NCBI GenBank assembly: GCA_031276435.1 | Contig: JAISNB010000082.1 | Coordinates: 1-45,204, forward strand | Source of the DNA: Burkholderiaceae bacterium | GTDB taxonomy: Bacteria; Pseudomonadota; Gammaproteobacteria; Burkholderiales; Burkholderiaceae_C | DNA: 45,204 nt | Reading direction: 5' to 3' | In this document: positions 23,106 to 33,229 of the stretch, one piece after another | Position numbering within the stretch: the first letter of the stretch is position 1 | Layout: the number at the start of each line of letters is the position of its first letter | Position numbers and translations under genes: made by a program | The notes under the pieces: model-generated | Database searches by the model: none | Seen by the model: only the letters and a program-made list of their open reading frames with translations | Told to the model about the DNA's origin: nothing

Positions 23106-24362
23106 TCAGAACACCCGTCCGCGCTCGAACTGGGTCGTCACGCCATTGAGATGCCAGTCACCCACCACGCGCGCCTTGTGGTTCAGCGGGTTGTGGCTGA
23201 AGATGGTGCGGAGATTGCGCCAATGGCGATCGAGCAGCAAGGTGGACGAAGTTGCGGAAGCGCCCCCGGCCTCAAAGATTTGCTGCCCCGCGTACTGCGC
23301 CAGCTTGCTGACGACAAGCTGCGTCTTGGCCGTCGCCAGGCCGCCTTGCAGCACAATGGCTTCGACATCCGCCGCCTTGACCCGGATGGCCTGCGCGCCG
23401 CGCTCCAGTTGCCGCGCGGCGTCGAGAACCAGCACATCGATGGCGTGGCTGTGGGCCGCCACATCGCCAATGACGTGCTGCACAAACGGATCCTCCCGGG
23501 CCGTCTCCGCGCTGCTGTGCAGCGCCGCGCGGCCCTTGTTGTGCACGTAATCCTGAATCTCCCGCAACAGGGCGCGCACAATGCCGCCCGCGGTGGCCAC
23601 CAAAATCAACTGCCGCCACGCGGAAACGTGCCGACTGGGCAGGCCCAGATCGAGTGAGGATCCAGGGCGCACCTCCTCATCGTGCACCAGCACATTGTTC
23701 AACTCCAGGCTGCCGCTGGCGGTCAGGCGCTGACCGAATCCGTCCCAATCCTCCACCACGTCGAGGCCCTCGCGGTCGGTTGGGATGATGACCGTGACGG
23801 GCTGCTCCTGCGCGTCGATGGCGCTGATGCTGGCGTAGTCCGCAAACGCGGTGCCGGTCGAATAGTACTTGCGGCCATTGAGCCGCCAGTGATCACCCTC
23901 GCGGATGAGCCGTGTGGTGATGATGCCAGGCTTGGCCGTATCGCGTTCGGTGGACGCGCCACCAAAAAGCTTGCCCGCCAGAATGCGGTCGATCTGCTGG
24001 CGCAGGAATTCGTCGGGCGGCAGCACGCGCCAGAGTTCGGCCACGTTCAGATGCAGGCGCAAGGCGTGCGGCACGTTGGAGTCGCCCTCGGCCAGCGTGA
24101 GGATGGCCAGCGCCGCATCTTCCAGGGTGCCACCAGGGCCACCCCATTCGCGGGGCACCAGCAGGGCGCCCAAGCCAGACTGGCGCACGGCGTCAAGCGC
24201 GTCGTAGGGCAAAAGCCGCTCACGCTCACGCTGCAAGGCCTGCGCGCGCAAGGCCTGTGCCTGCGCGGGCAGGCTGGCAAGAATATCCTCGCGCCGCCAT
24301 TTCGAAACGGGAAAGTTAGTGACAGTGTTGCCTGCTTGCGCGGCGGTCAGACTGGTGCTCAT
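23106..24362 (-). CDS. Acyl-CoA-dehydrogenase-fold flavin monooxygenase (DszC/SfnB-like)
   Basis: LNGRKYYSTGT, EDWDGFGQRLTASGS and LDRHWRNLRTIFSHNP motifs. Confidence 0.9.
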   Translation of the reverse strand: MSTSLTAAQAGNTVTNFPVSKWRREDILASLPAQAQALRAQALQRERERLLPYDALDAVRQSGLGALLVPREWGGPGGTLEDAALAILTLAEGDSNVPHALRLHLNVAELWRVLPPDEFLRQQIDRILAGKLFGGASTERDTAKPGIITTRLIREGDHWRLNGRKYYSTGTAFADYASISAIDAQEQPVTVIIPTDREGLDVVEDWDGFGQRLTASGSLELNNVLVHDEEVRPGSSLDLGLPSRHVSAWRQLILVATAGGIVRALLREIQDYVHNKGRAALHSSAETAREDPFVQHVIGDVAAHSHAIDVLVLDAARQLERGAQAIRVKAADVEAIVLQGGLATAKTQLVVSKLAQYAGQQIFEAGGASATSSTLLLDRHWRNLRTIFSHNPLNHKARVVGDWHLNGVTTQFERGRVF

Positions 24363-24467
24363 GTATCGATCTCTTTCTTGTTGCTGCGCCCCGGGCCAGG
24401 CCCGTGATGCGACAGACAATGAGGGTGTCACGAACCTGTTTGCTCGCGACGAAATGAATGAAAGCAA

Positions 24468-24518
24468 ATGTTAGGCAGTGCCTTGCAGCAGGTCAAATAC
24501 AGAGTGCTCATTAGCAAA
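24468..24518 (-). promoter_or_regulatory. Sigma70 promoter of the monooxygenase-flavin reductase pair with an upstream GCTAATGA element
   Basis: Minus strand TTGACC-17 nt-TAACAT; GCTAATGA lies 10 nt upstream of TTTGAC, the same geometry as the 15.7-kb promoter. Confidence 0.65.
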
Positions 24519-24577
24519 GATGGAGAACGCACAGCACTTGCCGCCGGGCATGGGGCGGCGCGCCTTCATTCAGGCCT

Positions 24578-26173
24578 TCAGGGTTTGATTTCGATGTCGG
24601 CAAAGTTGCCGTCGGTGCCATCGGCAGTGACCGTGTGACCTGCCACCTTTTTGTTGTAGATGGTGAAGTTGTACGGCACGAACAAGGTGATGTCGGGCAG
24701 ATCGCGCACGATGATGCGCTGCACCTCGTCGAAAAGCGCCTTGCGTTTTTTCTCGTCAGGCTCGATGGCAGCGGCTTCGAACAGATGATCCACTTGCGGG
24801 TTGCTGTAGCCAGAGCCGTTGGAAAACGGCAAGCCCTTCTTGATGTTTTTTGACCAGTACAGGCGCTGTACGCCCACCGTGGGGTCGAAAAGGTTGCTCA
24901 TGGGATTCACAGTGAAGTCGAAATCACGGTCGGTGTAGACACGCTTGAGGTAGGCTGGCGCGTCCTGTGAGCGCACGGTCACGGCGATGCCGACGCGCGC
25001 CAGCGCGGGGCGGATGAACTCGGCTGTGCGGCGGTACAGATTGCTGTTGGGCCAGTAATCTGCAGTGAGGGAAAAACGCTGGCCGTTCGCGCCCCGCGCA
25101 AAGCCCGCTTCGTCCAGCAATTGCCCGGCCTTTTTCAGATCAAAGGCGTAATCGGGCAACTCCTTGAGGTAGAAACGCTCCAGATCCGGACTGATTGGGC
25201 CGTTGGCCGTCTTGCCGTAGCCGAATTGCACGACATTGATGATGGCCTGCTTGTCCAGCGCATGGGCGATGGCCTGACGCACTTTCTGGTGCTTGAGGTA
25301 CGGGTTGCTCAGATTGAATTCCAGCCGTGTGACGTTGTTGGTGTACTGCCAGCCCTGTTCTTCCAGCGCCAGATCGGGCTTTGCGGTCAGGCGTTTGAGT
25401 TCGGTCAGGGCGACGGTGCTGCCAGAGGCAATGTCCACTTCACCTGTCTCAAGGGCGGCGGCACGCGCCGCCGCATCCGGGAAAAAGCGAATCACCAGAC
25501 GCTCAACCGCGGGTTTTGGCTTGCCCCAATAGTCGGGATTGCGGTCATAAATGATGTGGCTGCCGCGCACCCATTCCTTGAAAATCCACGGCCCCGTACC
25601 GGTGGGCGCCGTCAATTGCGGGTTGGCATGCACATCCTTGCCCTCGAAAAGATGCCTGGCGACAATCGGCGACTCGGAGGCGGCCAGCGCGTACAGAAGA
25701 TAAGGCGCGGGCTTGGAGAGATGGATGACAGCGGTGTGCGCATCCGGTGTGTCGATTCTCTCCACGTTGGCAAAGGTGCTGCGTCCGCGCGGATGCACCT
25801 CCTTGAGGGTGCGGATGGAGTAGCGCACGTCGGCCGAGGAAAAAGGCTGGCCGTCGTGCCACTTCACACCCTGGCGCAACTTGAACGTGTAGCGCAGGCC
25901 GTCCGGGCTGATGGCCCATTCGGTGGCCAATTGCGGCTGCGGCTCCAGCTTGGGAGAAAACGCCAGCAATCCCTCATTGGTTTTGGGGCTGAGCGTGAGC
26001 GATCCCCCGGCCGTGGTGGTGAGCACCAGCGCCGTGGGCGGCTGCGGCTCCAGCAGCAGCCGGACCGTGCGCGCCTGCATCTGTGCCGACACTGCCACGC
26101 AAAACGGCAGCAGGGCCGCGCCCAATGCCAGAGCGCGCCACACGCTTCGAAGGCTCAAGAAAAATGGCGACAT
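24578..26173 (-). CDS. ABC transporter substrate-binding protein, family 5 (copy 2)
   Basis: Signal peptide; DGLRYTFKLRQGVKWHDG, GTGPW and FDPTVGVQRLYWSKN motifs. Confidence 0.95.
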   Translation of the reverse strand: MSPFFLSLRSVWRALALGAALLPFCVAVSAQMQARTVRLLLEPQPPTALVLTTTAGGSLTLSPKTNEGLLAFSPKLEPQPQLATEWAISPDGLRYTFKLRQGVKWHDGQPFSSADVRYSIRTLKEVHPRGRSTFANVERIDTPDAHTAVIHLSKPAPYLLYALAASESPIVARHLFEGKDVHANPQLTAPTGTGPWIFKEWVRGSHIIYDRNPDYWGKPKPAVERLVIRFFPDAAARAAALETGEVDIASGSTVALTELKRLTAKPDLALEEQGWQYTNNVTRLEFNLSNPYLKHQKVRQAIAHALDKQAIINVVQFGYGKTANGPISPDLERFYLKELPDYAFDLKKAGQLLDEAGFARGANGQRFSLTADYWPNSNLYRRTAEFIRPALARVGIAVTVRSQDAPAYLKRVYTDRDFDFTVNPMSNLFDPTVGVQRLYWSKNIKKGLPFSNGSGYSNPQVDHLFEAAAIEPDEKKRKALFDEVQRIIVRDLPDITLFVPYNFTIYNKKVAGHTVTADGTDGNFADIEIKP

Positions 26174-26229
26174 CAAAAATCCTTGTCTGGTTGGTGCGGA
26201 TACGCGCTTTTGCGCGCGCGCCCTGATGG

Positions 26230-27309
26230 CTACGCGGCGGCCCGCAGCGCCTGCACGGCACCGGGGTCGGCCCAGGCCTGCACGTCGAAGTCCGCTGGCA
26301 GAAAGCCCCATTGCAGCAGGAAGTTCTTGAAGTGCTCAATGGCGTCGATCAGTTCGGGCTGCAAGCCGATTCCCAGATGCAGATGCACGTTTGCGCCATT
26401 GGAGGCCAGCACGGCCTCCTCGCTGGTGTTGATTTCTCTGGCCACGATGCGCAAGGTTTCGTCGGGGTGCGCGGCGGCCCATTGTGCGGCCCGGTCAATT
26501 ACGGCCAGCAGGCGTCGCACCAGATCGGGCCGCCGCGTGGCCAGGGCGTCGTCCACCGTCAGAACGCGCGGTGTGCCGTTGTTGATGCGGATTTTGGGAT
26601 CGGCATGGTTGCCGAATTCCACGACCGTCTGCGCGCCGATCAGGTTGGCCACGATGACGCCTTCGGCTCCCTTGACAAAGATGGCGTCTACCTCGCCGCG
26701 CAGCAATGCCCGCACTTCCGGAAAGTAGGGGTGGCGACGCTTGAGGCCGAACAGGCTGGGCGTGCCGTGTTGCAGGATGACAGACTCCGCGATGGGCAAA
26801 TCCACCAGTGTGACGTCCTGATGCGTCAGGCCAGCCAGCGACAGGCCCGAGATCAGCCCCTTGAGCGCGGTGGCGCGGTGAAAGTCGATCAGGTCATTGA
26901 CGCGCCGCGGTACTGCCAGGCGTTTGCCCGCCAGTTGCTCGGCGCTGTCGATGCGGTTTTCAGGCAAGGCGACGATGGCCTGGAACTCGTCGGTCCAGGT
27001 GATGCCCACCAACCGTGTCGCCCGGCCTTTGGCGCGCGCCCAGATTGGCGGAATATTACCGCCCTGCCGGAACGACCAGGCCAGGTGGTGGTCGAAATGG
27101 CTTTCGCGTACGCTGCGATTCCTGGAATCGAAAATGGATTCGACCGGGATGCCGATTTCCGCAAACGTTGCGGCCAGCCAGCCATGCTGGGCCGCGATTC
27201 CAAGTGGCGATGGCACGGGGCAGCGGGTGTACCAGAGGGTCTCGGGATGGTTCTGGGCAGCAGATGAAGTGATGGCGTCGTCGCGCGCCGCCGTGGTTTC
27301 GATGCTCAT
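26230..27309 (-). CDS. DszB-like desulfinase (periplasmic-binding-protein fold, no signal peptide)
   Basis: YTRCPVP (Cys30), SHF (His71) and FRQGGNIPP (Arg81) parallel DszB Cys27/His60/Arg70. Confidence 0.8.
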   Translation of the reverse strand: MSIETTAARDDAITSSAAQNHPETLWYTRCPVPSPLGIAAQHGWLAATFAEIGIPVESIFDSRNRSVRESHFDHHLAWSFRQGGNIPPIWARAKGRATRLVGITWTDEFQAIVALPENRIDSAEQLAGKRLAVPRRVNDLIDFHRATALKGLISGLSLAGLTHQDVTLVDLPIAESVILQHGTPSLFGLKRRHPYFPEVRALLRGEVDAIFVKGAEGVIVANLIGAQTVVEFGNHADPKIRINNGTPRVLTVDDALATRRPDLVRRLLAVIDRAAQWAAAHPDETLRIVAREINTSEEAVLASNGANVHLHLGIGLQPELIDAIEHFKNFLLQWGFLPADFDVQAWADPGAVQALRAAA

Positions 27310-27340
27310 GAATGGAACTCCTGCTTTTTTGGAATGGGGA

Positions 27341-28930
27341 TTACTCGGCCAGCCAGACACCGGCCAGATTGCCTGCAAAGCCATCGGCGCCTGTGGTGTG
27401 GTCGCGCACGCGCTTGTCGGCCACGGTATGGCTTTCAAAGGCCAGCAAGGTGATGTCCGGCAGATCGCGCACGATGTGTTGCTGAAATTCATGGAACTGC
27501 GCCAGGCGCTTTTTCGGATCGATCTCGACGGCGGCCTGTTCCAGCAGGCGGTCTACCGGGGCGCTGAAGTAGCCCGCGCCATTGGAAAACGGCAGGCCCT
27601 TTTTGAAGTTCTTCGACCAGTACAGGCGCTGCACGCCCACCGTGGGATCGAAGGTGTTGCTCATCGCGCTGACATGGATATCAAAGTCGCGCTCGGTATA
27701 AATGCGCTGGATGTAGCTGGCAAAGTCGTGCGTGAAAATGTCGCTCCGGATGCCGATGCGCCCCAGCGCCGCCTTGAGAAATTGCGCGGTACGCGCGGCG
27801 CCATCGTTGGCGACGGGCACAATCTTCAGCCGCAGCGGCTGACCATTGGGCTTTTTGCCGCCAGGATAGCCCGCCTCGGCCAGCAGCTTGCGCGCGGCGT
27901 TCAGGTCATAGGGCAGCACCTGGAGATCATCGGCATACTCCGGCAGCCCGGAAGCGATGGGGCCTGCAATGAGCTGGCCATAGCCATACCAGACCGTCTT
28001 GAGCAGCGCCTGGCGATCCAGCGCGTGGGCAATGGCGCGGCGCACGCGCAAATCCTTGAGCACAGGGTTTTCCAGATTGAATTCCAGCCGAGAAACGTTG
28101 TTGATGTATTCGTAGCCGCGCGTCTCCAACACCAGGCGCGAGTTCTTTTTGAGACGTTCGATTTCCGAAAGAGGCACTGGCGAGCCAGCGCTCAGTTGCA
28201 CCTCGCCGCTTTCAATGGCTGCCGTGCGCGCCGCGGCATCCACGATGAAACGCACGACCAGACGATCAATGTAGGGCTTGGGCCGGTCCCAGTAATCCGG
28301 GTTGCGCTCATAAATCACATGGCTGCCCTTGACCCATTCCTTGAAGCGGTAAGGGCCGGTGCCGATGGGCTGGTTGTTGTACGGGTTGGCCTGCGCCTCG
28401 CCTTGAGCGTAAAGATGCTTGGGCACGATGGGCGATTCCGCGGCGGCAAAGGCGCGCAGCAGATACGGCGCGGGGCGCGAGAGGCGCAGCACCAGCGTGT
28501 GCGCATCCGGCGTTTCGATGGCCGTCACGCCCGCAAAGGTGGCCCGCCCGCGCGGGTGATTGGCCTTGAGCAATTCAATGGAGTGTGCCGCGTCGGCCGA
28601 TGTGAAGGGTTTGCCGTCGTGCCACTTCACGCCTTGCCGCAAGCTGAAGGTGTAAGTTAGCCCGTCCTGGCTGACTTTCCACTCGGTCGCCAATTGTGGC
28701 CTGGGTGTGAGGTCGAAGTCATAGGTCAGCAGTCCTTCAACGACCTTGCCCGACATGAGCACCGACGAGCCTGCCGTATGCGCGATGGTGGTCAGCGTTG
28801 GCGGCTCGGGAAAGACCAGCGCGGTCAGGGTTCCGCCATGGCGCGGCGTTTCGGCGGCCTGCGCGTGCAAGCCGCCATCCCCCAGCGCGCCCAACGCCAG
28901 CGCCGCGCTCAAAATTCGCAAAATCTTCAT
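27341..28930 (-). CDS. ABC transporter substrate-binding protein, family 5 (copy 3)
   Basis: Signal peptide; DGLTYTFSLRQGVKWHDG, PIGTGPY and FDPTVGVQRLYWSKN motifs. Confidence 0.95.
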   Translation of the reverse strand: MKILRILSAALALGALGDGGLHAQAAETPRHGGTLTALVFPEPPTLTTIAHTAGSSVLMSGKVVEGLLTYDFDLTPRPQLATEWKVSQDGLTYTFSLRQGVKWHDGKPFTSADAAHSIELLKANHPRGRATFAGVTAIETPDAHTLVLRLSRPAPYLLRAFAAAESPIVPKHLYAQGEAQANPYNNQPIGTGPYRFKEWVKGSHVIYERNPDYWDRPKPYIDRLVVRFIVDAAARTAAIESGEVQLSAGSPVPLSEIERLKKNSRLVLETRGYEYINNVSRLEFNLENPVLKDLRVRRAIAHALDRQALLKTVWYGYGQLIAGPIASGLPEYADDLQVLPYDLNAARKLLAEAGYPGGKKPNGQPLRLKIVPVANDGAARTAQFLKAALGRIGIRSDIFTHDFASYIQRIYTERDFDIHVSAMSNTFDPTVGVQRLYWSKNFKKGLPFSNGAGYFSAPVDRLLEQAAVEIDPKKRLAQFHEFQQHIVRDLPDITLLAFESHTVADKRVRDHTTGADGFAGNLAGVWLAE

Positions 28931-28933
28931 GTT

Positions 28934-30187
28934 TTATTGCTCCAAAAGAAGTGCACGCCCCAGGTTGCCGCGGATCAGGGCGGCAGAGGGCGCATGAATC
29001 AGGCCGCAGTGCGCGTTGCGGAAATGCCGCTCCAGCGCGTTGTGGCCGCTGAGGCCGTGGTTGCCAGCCAACTCCAGCGCCAGGGTTGTGGCGCGGGCAG
29101 CATGCTCCATGGCGACATGCCGCGCCGTCAGGCCCAGTTCGCTGTGCGCCGCGCCTGCTTCATAGGCGTGCGCGTGCGCGTCGAGCAAGGTCTCGCTGGT
29201 GTGCAAAAGCAACTGGATGTGCCCGACCTGCTCCTGCACGGTCGGCAGGCTCGCCAGGGCCGCGCCGCCCAGCACGGTCGGCTTGCGACGCTGCAAAAAC
29301 GCTGCAAGCCAGTCCCGCGCGGCAATGGCCACACCGGTATAAACCGATCCCACCAAACTCAGGTACCAGGCAAAGGCATGCTCGTCACGGCGCTGCCCCT
29401 GCGCCGCGCTGTACAGAGCGACGGCATGATCCAGCGGAATCAGCACGTCTTCAAAAACGAAGTCATGGCTTGCCGTGGCCCGCATGCCCAGCGGATTCCA
29501 GGTTTCCACCAGGCGCACGCCGGGCGCGTCACGCGCAACCAGAAACTGGCCCAGCCGAGGCTCCGGCTCGTCGGTTATGGCCAGCACGTTGAGCCAGTCG
29601 AGCAGATGCGATCCGGTCGAATAGATTTTGTGTCCGCTGATGCGCCAGCCCGCGTCGGTGTGCCGCGCGATGGTGGCTGGCAATCCGCCGTACGAGGGCG
29701 AACCCAGTTCCGGCTCGACCTGCACGGCATTGATCAGCGCGGGCGCGCGCAACGCCTGCTGCGTCAGCCGCTGTGCCAGTGCGGCAGGCCATGGGCGTTT
29801 GCCCGCGTCGCTCTGGCGCTGCGAGCGGGCAATGCTGGCATGCTGGCTGTAATGCATGGAAAGAATCAGCGCCACCGAAGGATCGCCCTCGGCAATGGCC
29901 TGCACAACACGCCGCGCCAATGGCAGGCCAGCGCCATGGCCACCGTCGCGGCGGGCAATGGTCAGCCGCAGCAGGTCGGCTTGCAGCAGTTGCTGGAACT
30001 GCTCCGCGGGCGCCTGGCCCGTCGCGTCGTATGCCGCCGCCTTGGCGGCAAAGTCTTGCGCCAACGCACGGGCGCGTGCCAGCAATTCGGCGCCTTCCAG
30101 CGGCGCGGCTGTGGCCGCAGCCGCATGCTCCGGCTGGCTTTGGCCCGGCTCCGTGGCGGGCGCATCAAGAGTCGTTGCAGTGCTCAT
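28934..30187 (-). CDS. Acyl-CoA-dehydrogenase-fold flavoprotein (probable monooxygenase)
   Basis: AIAEGDPSVAL, ISGHKIYSTGS, ETWNPLGMRATASHD and LERHFRNA motifs. Confidence 0.9.
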   Translation of the reverse strand: MSTATTLDAPATEPGQSQPEHAAAATAAPLEGAELLARARALAQDFAAKAAAYDATGQAPAEQFQQLLQADLLRLTIARRDGGHGAGLPLARRVVQAIAEGDPSVALILSMHYSQHASIARSQRQSDAGKRPWPAALAQRLTQQALRAPALINAVQVEPELGSPSYGGLPATIARHTDAGWRISGHKIYSTGSHLLDWLNVLAITDEPEPRLGQFLVARDAPGVRLVETWNPLGMRATASHDFVFEDVLIPLDHAVALYSAAQGQRRDEHAFAWYLSLVGSVYTGVAIAARDWLAAFLQRRKPTVLGGAALASLPTVQEQVGHIQLLLHTSETLLDAHAHAYEAGAAHSELGLTARHVAMEHAARATTLALELAGNHGLSGHNALERHFRNAHCGLIHAPSAALIRGNLGRALLLEQ

Positions 30188-30240
30188 GTTTTTCCCATTG
30201 GAAAGAAAATGCCGCCTGCCCCTGGGCAGGCGCAGGCCCG

Positions 30241-31863
30241 TCAGGGTTCTATCCACACGTTGGCGAAGGATTCATTCACGCCATTGGCGCCAAAGGTGTA
30301 GCCATGCACCTTGCGGCTGGCGACGGTCACGGGCTGGAACGCCACCAGGTTCACCACGGGCAGTTCCTCTTGGATGATTTGCTGAAACCGCTGGAACAGC
30401 TGCTTGCGGCGCGCAATGTCAGGCTCCACGGCGGCTTGCTCCAGCAGCGCATCGACCTCGGCGTTGGCGTAGTGGCTGGCGTTGGAAAAACCCAGCCCCA
30501 CCTTGAAATTCTTCGACCAATAGACGCGCTGCACGCCCACCGTGGGGTCGAAGCCGTTGTTCAGATTGTTGACGCTGATGTCGAAATTGCGCTCGGTATA
30601 GGCAGACTTGACGAAACTGCCAAAGTCATTGGCAGCCACGCTGGCCTCGATGCCGATGCGTTTGAGTGCCTGCCGCAGGTATTCCGCGGTTCTGCGATTA
30701 CCCTCGTAGTAAAAGGGATTGAAGATGACGCGCAGCGCAAAGCGCGTACCGTCGGCTTTGCGGGGATAGCCCGCTTCATCCAGCAGGCGCTCGCTGAGTT
30801 TCGGATCGTAGGCGTGCGCCTTGATGCCACTGTCGTGGTAGGTCTTGAGCACCGGGCTGATGGGTGTGGGCGATGGCTGACCATGGCCAAACCAGGCCGT
30901 CTGCACCAGCGCGGGCAGGTTCACCGCGTGGGCAATGGCCTTGCGCACCTTCACATTGGCCAACTCGGGGGTATCCAGGTTGAATTCGAACTGGGACAGG
31001 TTGCCCGAATATTCATACCCCCGGGTCGTGACCGACAGCCCGGGCAGCTTGCCAATGCGCTCCAGATCGCCAAGCGGCACCGGCGTGTCGCCGCCCAGAT
31101 CGATCTTGCCAGCCTCCAGCGCCGCGGCTCTGGCGCCAGGTTCGGTAATGATGTGCACCACGACGCGATCCAGATAAGGCCTGGGCTTGTTCCAGTAGTC
31201 CGGATTGCGATCCAGAATAATGTGGCTGCCCTTGACCCATTCCTTGAAAATGAACGGCCCCGTGCCCACAGGCCGCTGGTTATGGGGATTGGCCCTGACG
31301 TCGCTGCCCTCGTACAGATGGCGCGGCACAATGGGCGACTCGCTGGAAGCTAGCGCCGTGAGCAGGTAGGGCGCGGGCTTGGTCAGCACCAGCACGGCGG
31401 TGTGCGCATCGGGCGTGCGCACTTGCGCCACATTGGCGAAGGTGGCCCGGCCCCGCGGGTGATACTCCTTGAGCGCCAGAATGGACCAAGCCACATCCGC
31501 CGAAGTGAAGGGCTTGCCATCATGCCACTTCACGCCCTCGCGCAGCTTGAAGGTGTACCGCAGCCCGTCGGCGCTAACCGACCATTCGGTAGCCAGCGAT
31601 GGCTTGGGCGTGAGGTCGAAGTCATACTCCAGCAGCCCCTCGATAACCTTGGTGCCAACCTTTTGCGGAAAGCCGAAGGAATTGTCGATGGCCACCACCG
31701 TGGCCGCCTCGGGCACGGCGACAAAATTCAAGGTGCCGCCCCTGTTTGGCTGCTGCGCTGGCGCGCTGGCCGCCGCCAGGGCAAGCAACAGCACCAGCCC
31801 AAAGCCATGCCGGCTTCGGGTCAGCGCCTTCAGAACCGATGGAAACGCATGCGACTGCCGCAT
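30241..31863 (-). CDS. ABC transporter substrate-binding protein, family 5 (copy 4)
   Basis: Signal peptide; DGLRYTFKLREGVKWHDG, PVGTGPF and FDPTVGVQRVYWSKN motifs. Confidence 0.95.
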   Translation of the reverse strand: MRQSHAFPSVLKALTRSRHGFGLVLLLALAAASAPAQQPNRGGTLNFVAVPEAATVVAIDNSFGFPQKVGTKVIEGLLEYDFDLTPKPSLATEWSVSADGLRYTFKLREGVKWHDGKPFTSADVAWSILALKEYHPRGRATFANVAQVRTPDAHTAVLVLTKPAPYLLTALASSESPIVPRHLYEGSDVRANPHNQRPVGTGPFIFKEWVKGSHIILDRNPDYWNKPRPYLDRVVVHIITEPGARAAALEAGKIDLGGDTPVPLGDLERIGKLPGLSVTTRGYEYSGNLSQFEFNLDTPELANVKVRKAIAHAVNLPALVQTAWFGHGQPSPTPISPVLKTYHDSGIKAHAYDPKLSERLLDEAGYPRKADGTRFALRVIFNPFYYEGNRRTAEYLRQALKRIGIEASVAANDFGSFVKSAYTERNFDISVNNLNNGFDPTVGVQRVYWSKNFKVGLGFSNASHYANAEVDALLEQAAVEPDIARRKQLFQRFQQIIQEELPVVNLVAFQPVTVASRKVHGYTFGANGVNESFANVWIEP

Positions 31864-31907
31864 AGAGCGCCCTTTTCTGCAACGAGGAAATGAAGAATGG
31901 GGCTGGC

Positions 31908-33083
31908 TCAAAGCCGCAAACCGGCCTGCTTCAAAAGCGGCAGGATGCGATCGCCAAAGAATTGCAGATCGGGCTTGAAGTCGAAAAAGCTCAACTGCAA
32001 GCCATCGACGCCCGCCTTGTGCAATTGCACGAATTGCTCGACCACCTGCTCGGGCGTGCCCACCACTTCGATGTTGCCGCCAATGGCGCGGCGGCTGGGC
32101 GGATCGATGCCCTCGCGCCCCTTCCAGGCCTGCGCGTCGCTGTCGAGGGTATGCGTGCGGAAATCCTGATGCGCCACGATGGCGTCGTAATAGGCCCGGG
32201 TTTCGGCTTCCGTTTCGCGGCTGATGACCAGCGGGTTCAGCAGGGTGCGCACCTGCCTGCCCTGCGCACGCGCCGCCTGCTTGATGCGCGCCGTGTGCGC
32301 AGGCAGTGCGGCAATCGCGCTGGCCGCGTCCGAAGCGCCGGGACTGGTGATGAACACCACGTCTGAGTAGCGCGCCGCGTACTCGATGCCCGCGTCCGAT
32401 CCGGTGGCGTTGACCAGCAGGGGGCGGCCAAACCTGGGCTTGGGCGTGACGTAGGCATTCTTGAGCTTCCAGCTCGATTCGCCAGAGAAGCTGAAAGGCT
32501 CGTCGTTCTGCCACAGGCGTTGCAGCACCTCGATGAATTCGGCCGTCAGTTCATAGCGGCGGTCGTGCTCGATGCGTTCCCCACCAAAGGCCTCGTACTC
32601 GACCGCGCGGTGCCCGGTCACCACGTTGATGCCCCAACGCCCGCCCGTAATGTGATCCAGCGTCGCACCCCATTTGGCCAGGTGCAGCGGATGCAGCGGC
32701 CCGTACAGCACATGGATGGTCGAAATCAGGATGATGCGCTGCGTAACCGAGGTCAGCGCCGCCGTGGTCAGAAAGGAGTCCAGCGCGTTGCCGTCAAGCA
32801 CGCCGCCATAGCCGCCCTTGGGCAGCCATTGTGACAGGGCAAACACCAGATCGAAGCCCAGCGATTCCACCTTGAGCACCAGGTCGCGGTTGTATTCCCA
32901 GCGCCAGTCGGTCGTGCGCGGCAAGGTGGACGCGCTCCAGCCACCGGCCTGGATCGGCAGGAAAAGCCCGAGCAAAATCGGCTGCCGCAGCGCTTGCGAG
33001 ACTGGACTGTCCGGAAAATCCAGCGGGGATGAAAAACGCTCCACACCCACAATGGAGCCTGCTTTTTTCAGTGTTGCCGTCAT
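31908..33083 (-). CDS. Luciferase-like (LLM) flavin monooxygenase, SfnG/SsuD-like
   Basis: GLFLPIQAGGW, LGFDLVF, HPLHLAKWGATLDHITGGRWGINVVTG, HDRRY and VGTPEQV motifs; GGAGG RBS. Confidence 0.92.
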   Translation of the reverse strand: MTATLKKAGSIVGVERFSSPLDFPDSPVSQALRQPILLGLFLPIQAGGWSASTLPRTTDWRWEYNRDLVLKVESLGFDLVFALSQWLPKGGYGGVLDGNALDSFLTTAALTSVTQRIILISTIHVLYGPLHPLHLAKWGATLDHITGGRWGINVVTGHRAVEYEAFGGERIEHDRRYELTAEFIEVLQRLWQNDEPFSFSGESSWKLKNAYVTPKPRFGRPLLVNATGSDAGIEYAARYSDVVFITSPGASDAASAIAALPAHTARIKQAARAQGRQVRTLLNPLVISRETEAETRAYYDAIVAHQDFRTHTLDSDAQAWKGREGIDPPSRRAIGGNIEVVGTPEQVVEQFVQLHKAGVDGLQLSFFDFKPDLQFFGDRILPLLKQAGLRL

Positions 33084-33148
33084 AAAAACCTCCAATTGTT
33101 AACAAATAACTTTCTGAAAAATAGACCGCACCAATATACGGTGGGCTA

Positions 33149-33178
33149 ATTATAAAAAGCAGAAATCCAGTATGTCAA
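33149..33178 (-). promoter_or_regulatory. Sigma70 promoter of the leftward sulfur operon
   Basis: Minus strand TTGACA-18 nt-TATAAT. Confidence 0.75.
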
Positions 33179-33229
33179 ACAATAATTTATTATTTGTTTA
33201 TAGCTTATATGAAAATAAGAATAAAGTCT

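Noticed and set aside
30241-32514. Apparent 757-aa fusion ORF, and similar N-terminal extensions at 15382, 26311, 27492, 37342 and 42392
   Set aside because: The extensions overlap neighbouring genes or promoters; signal peptides and RBS positions indicate the later starts used here.
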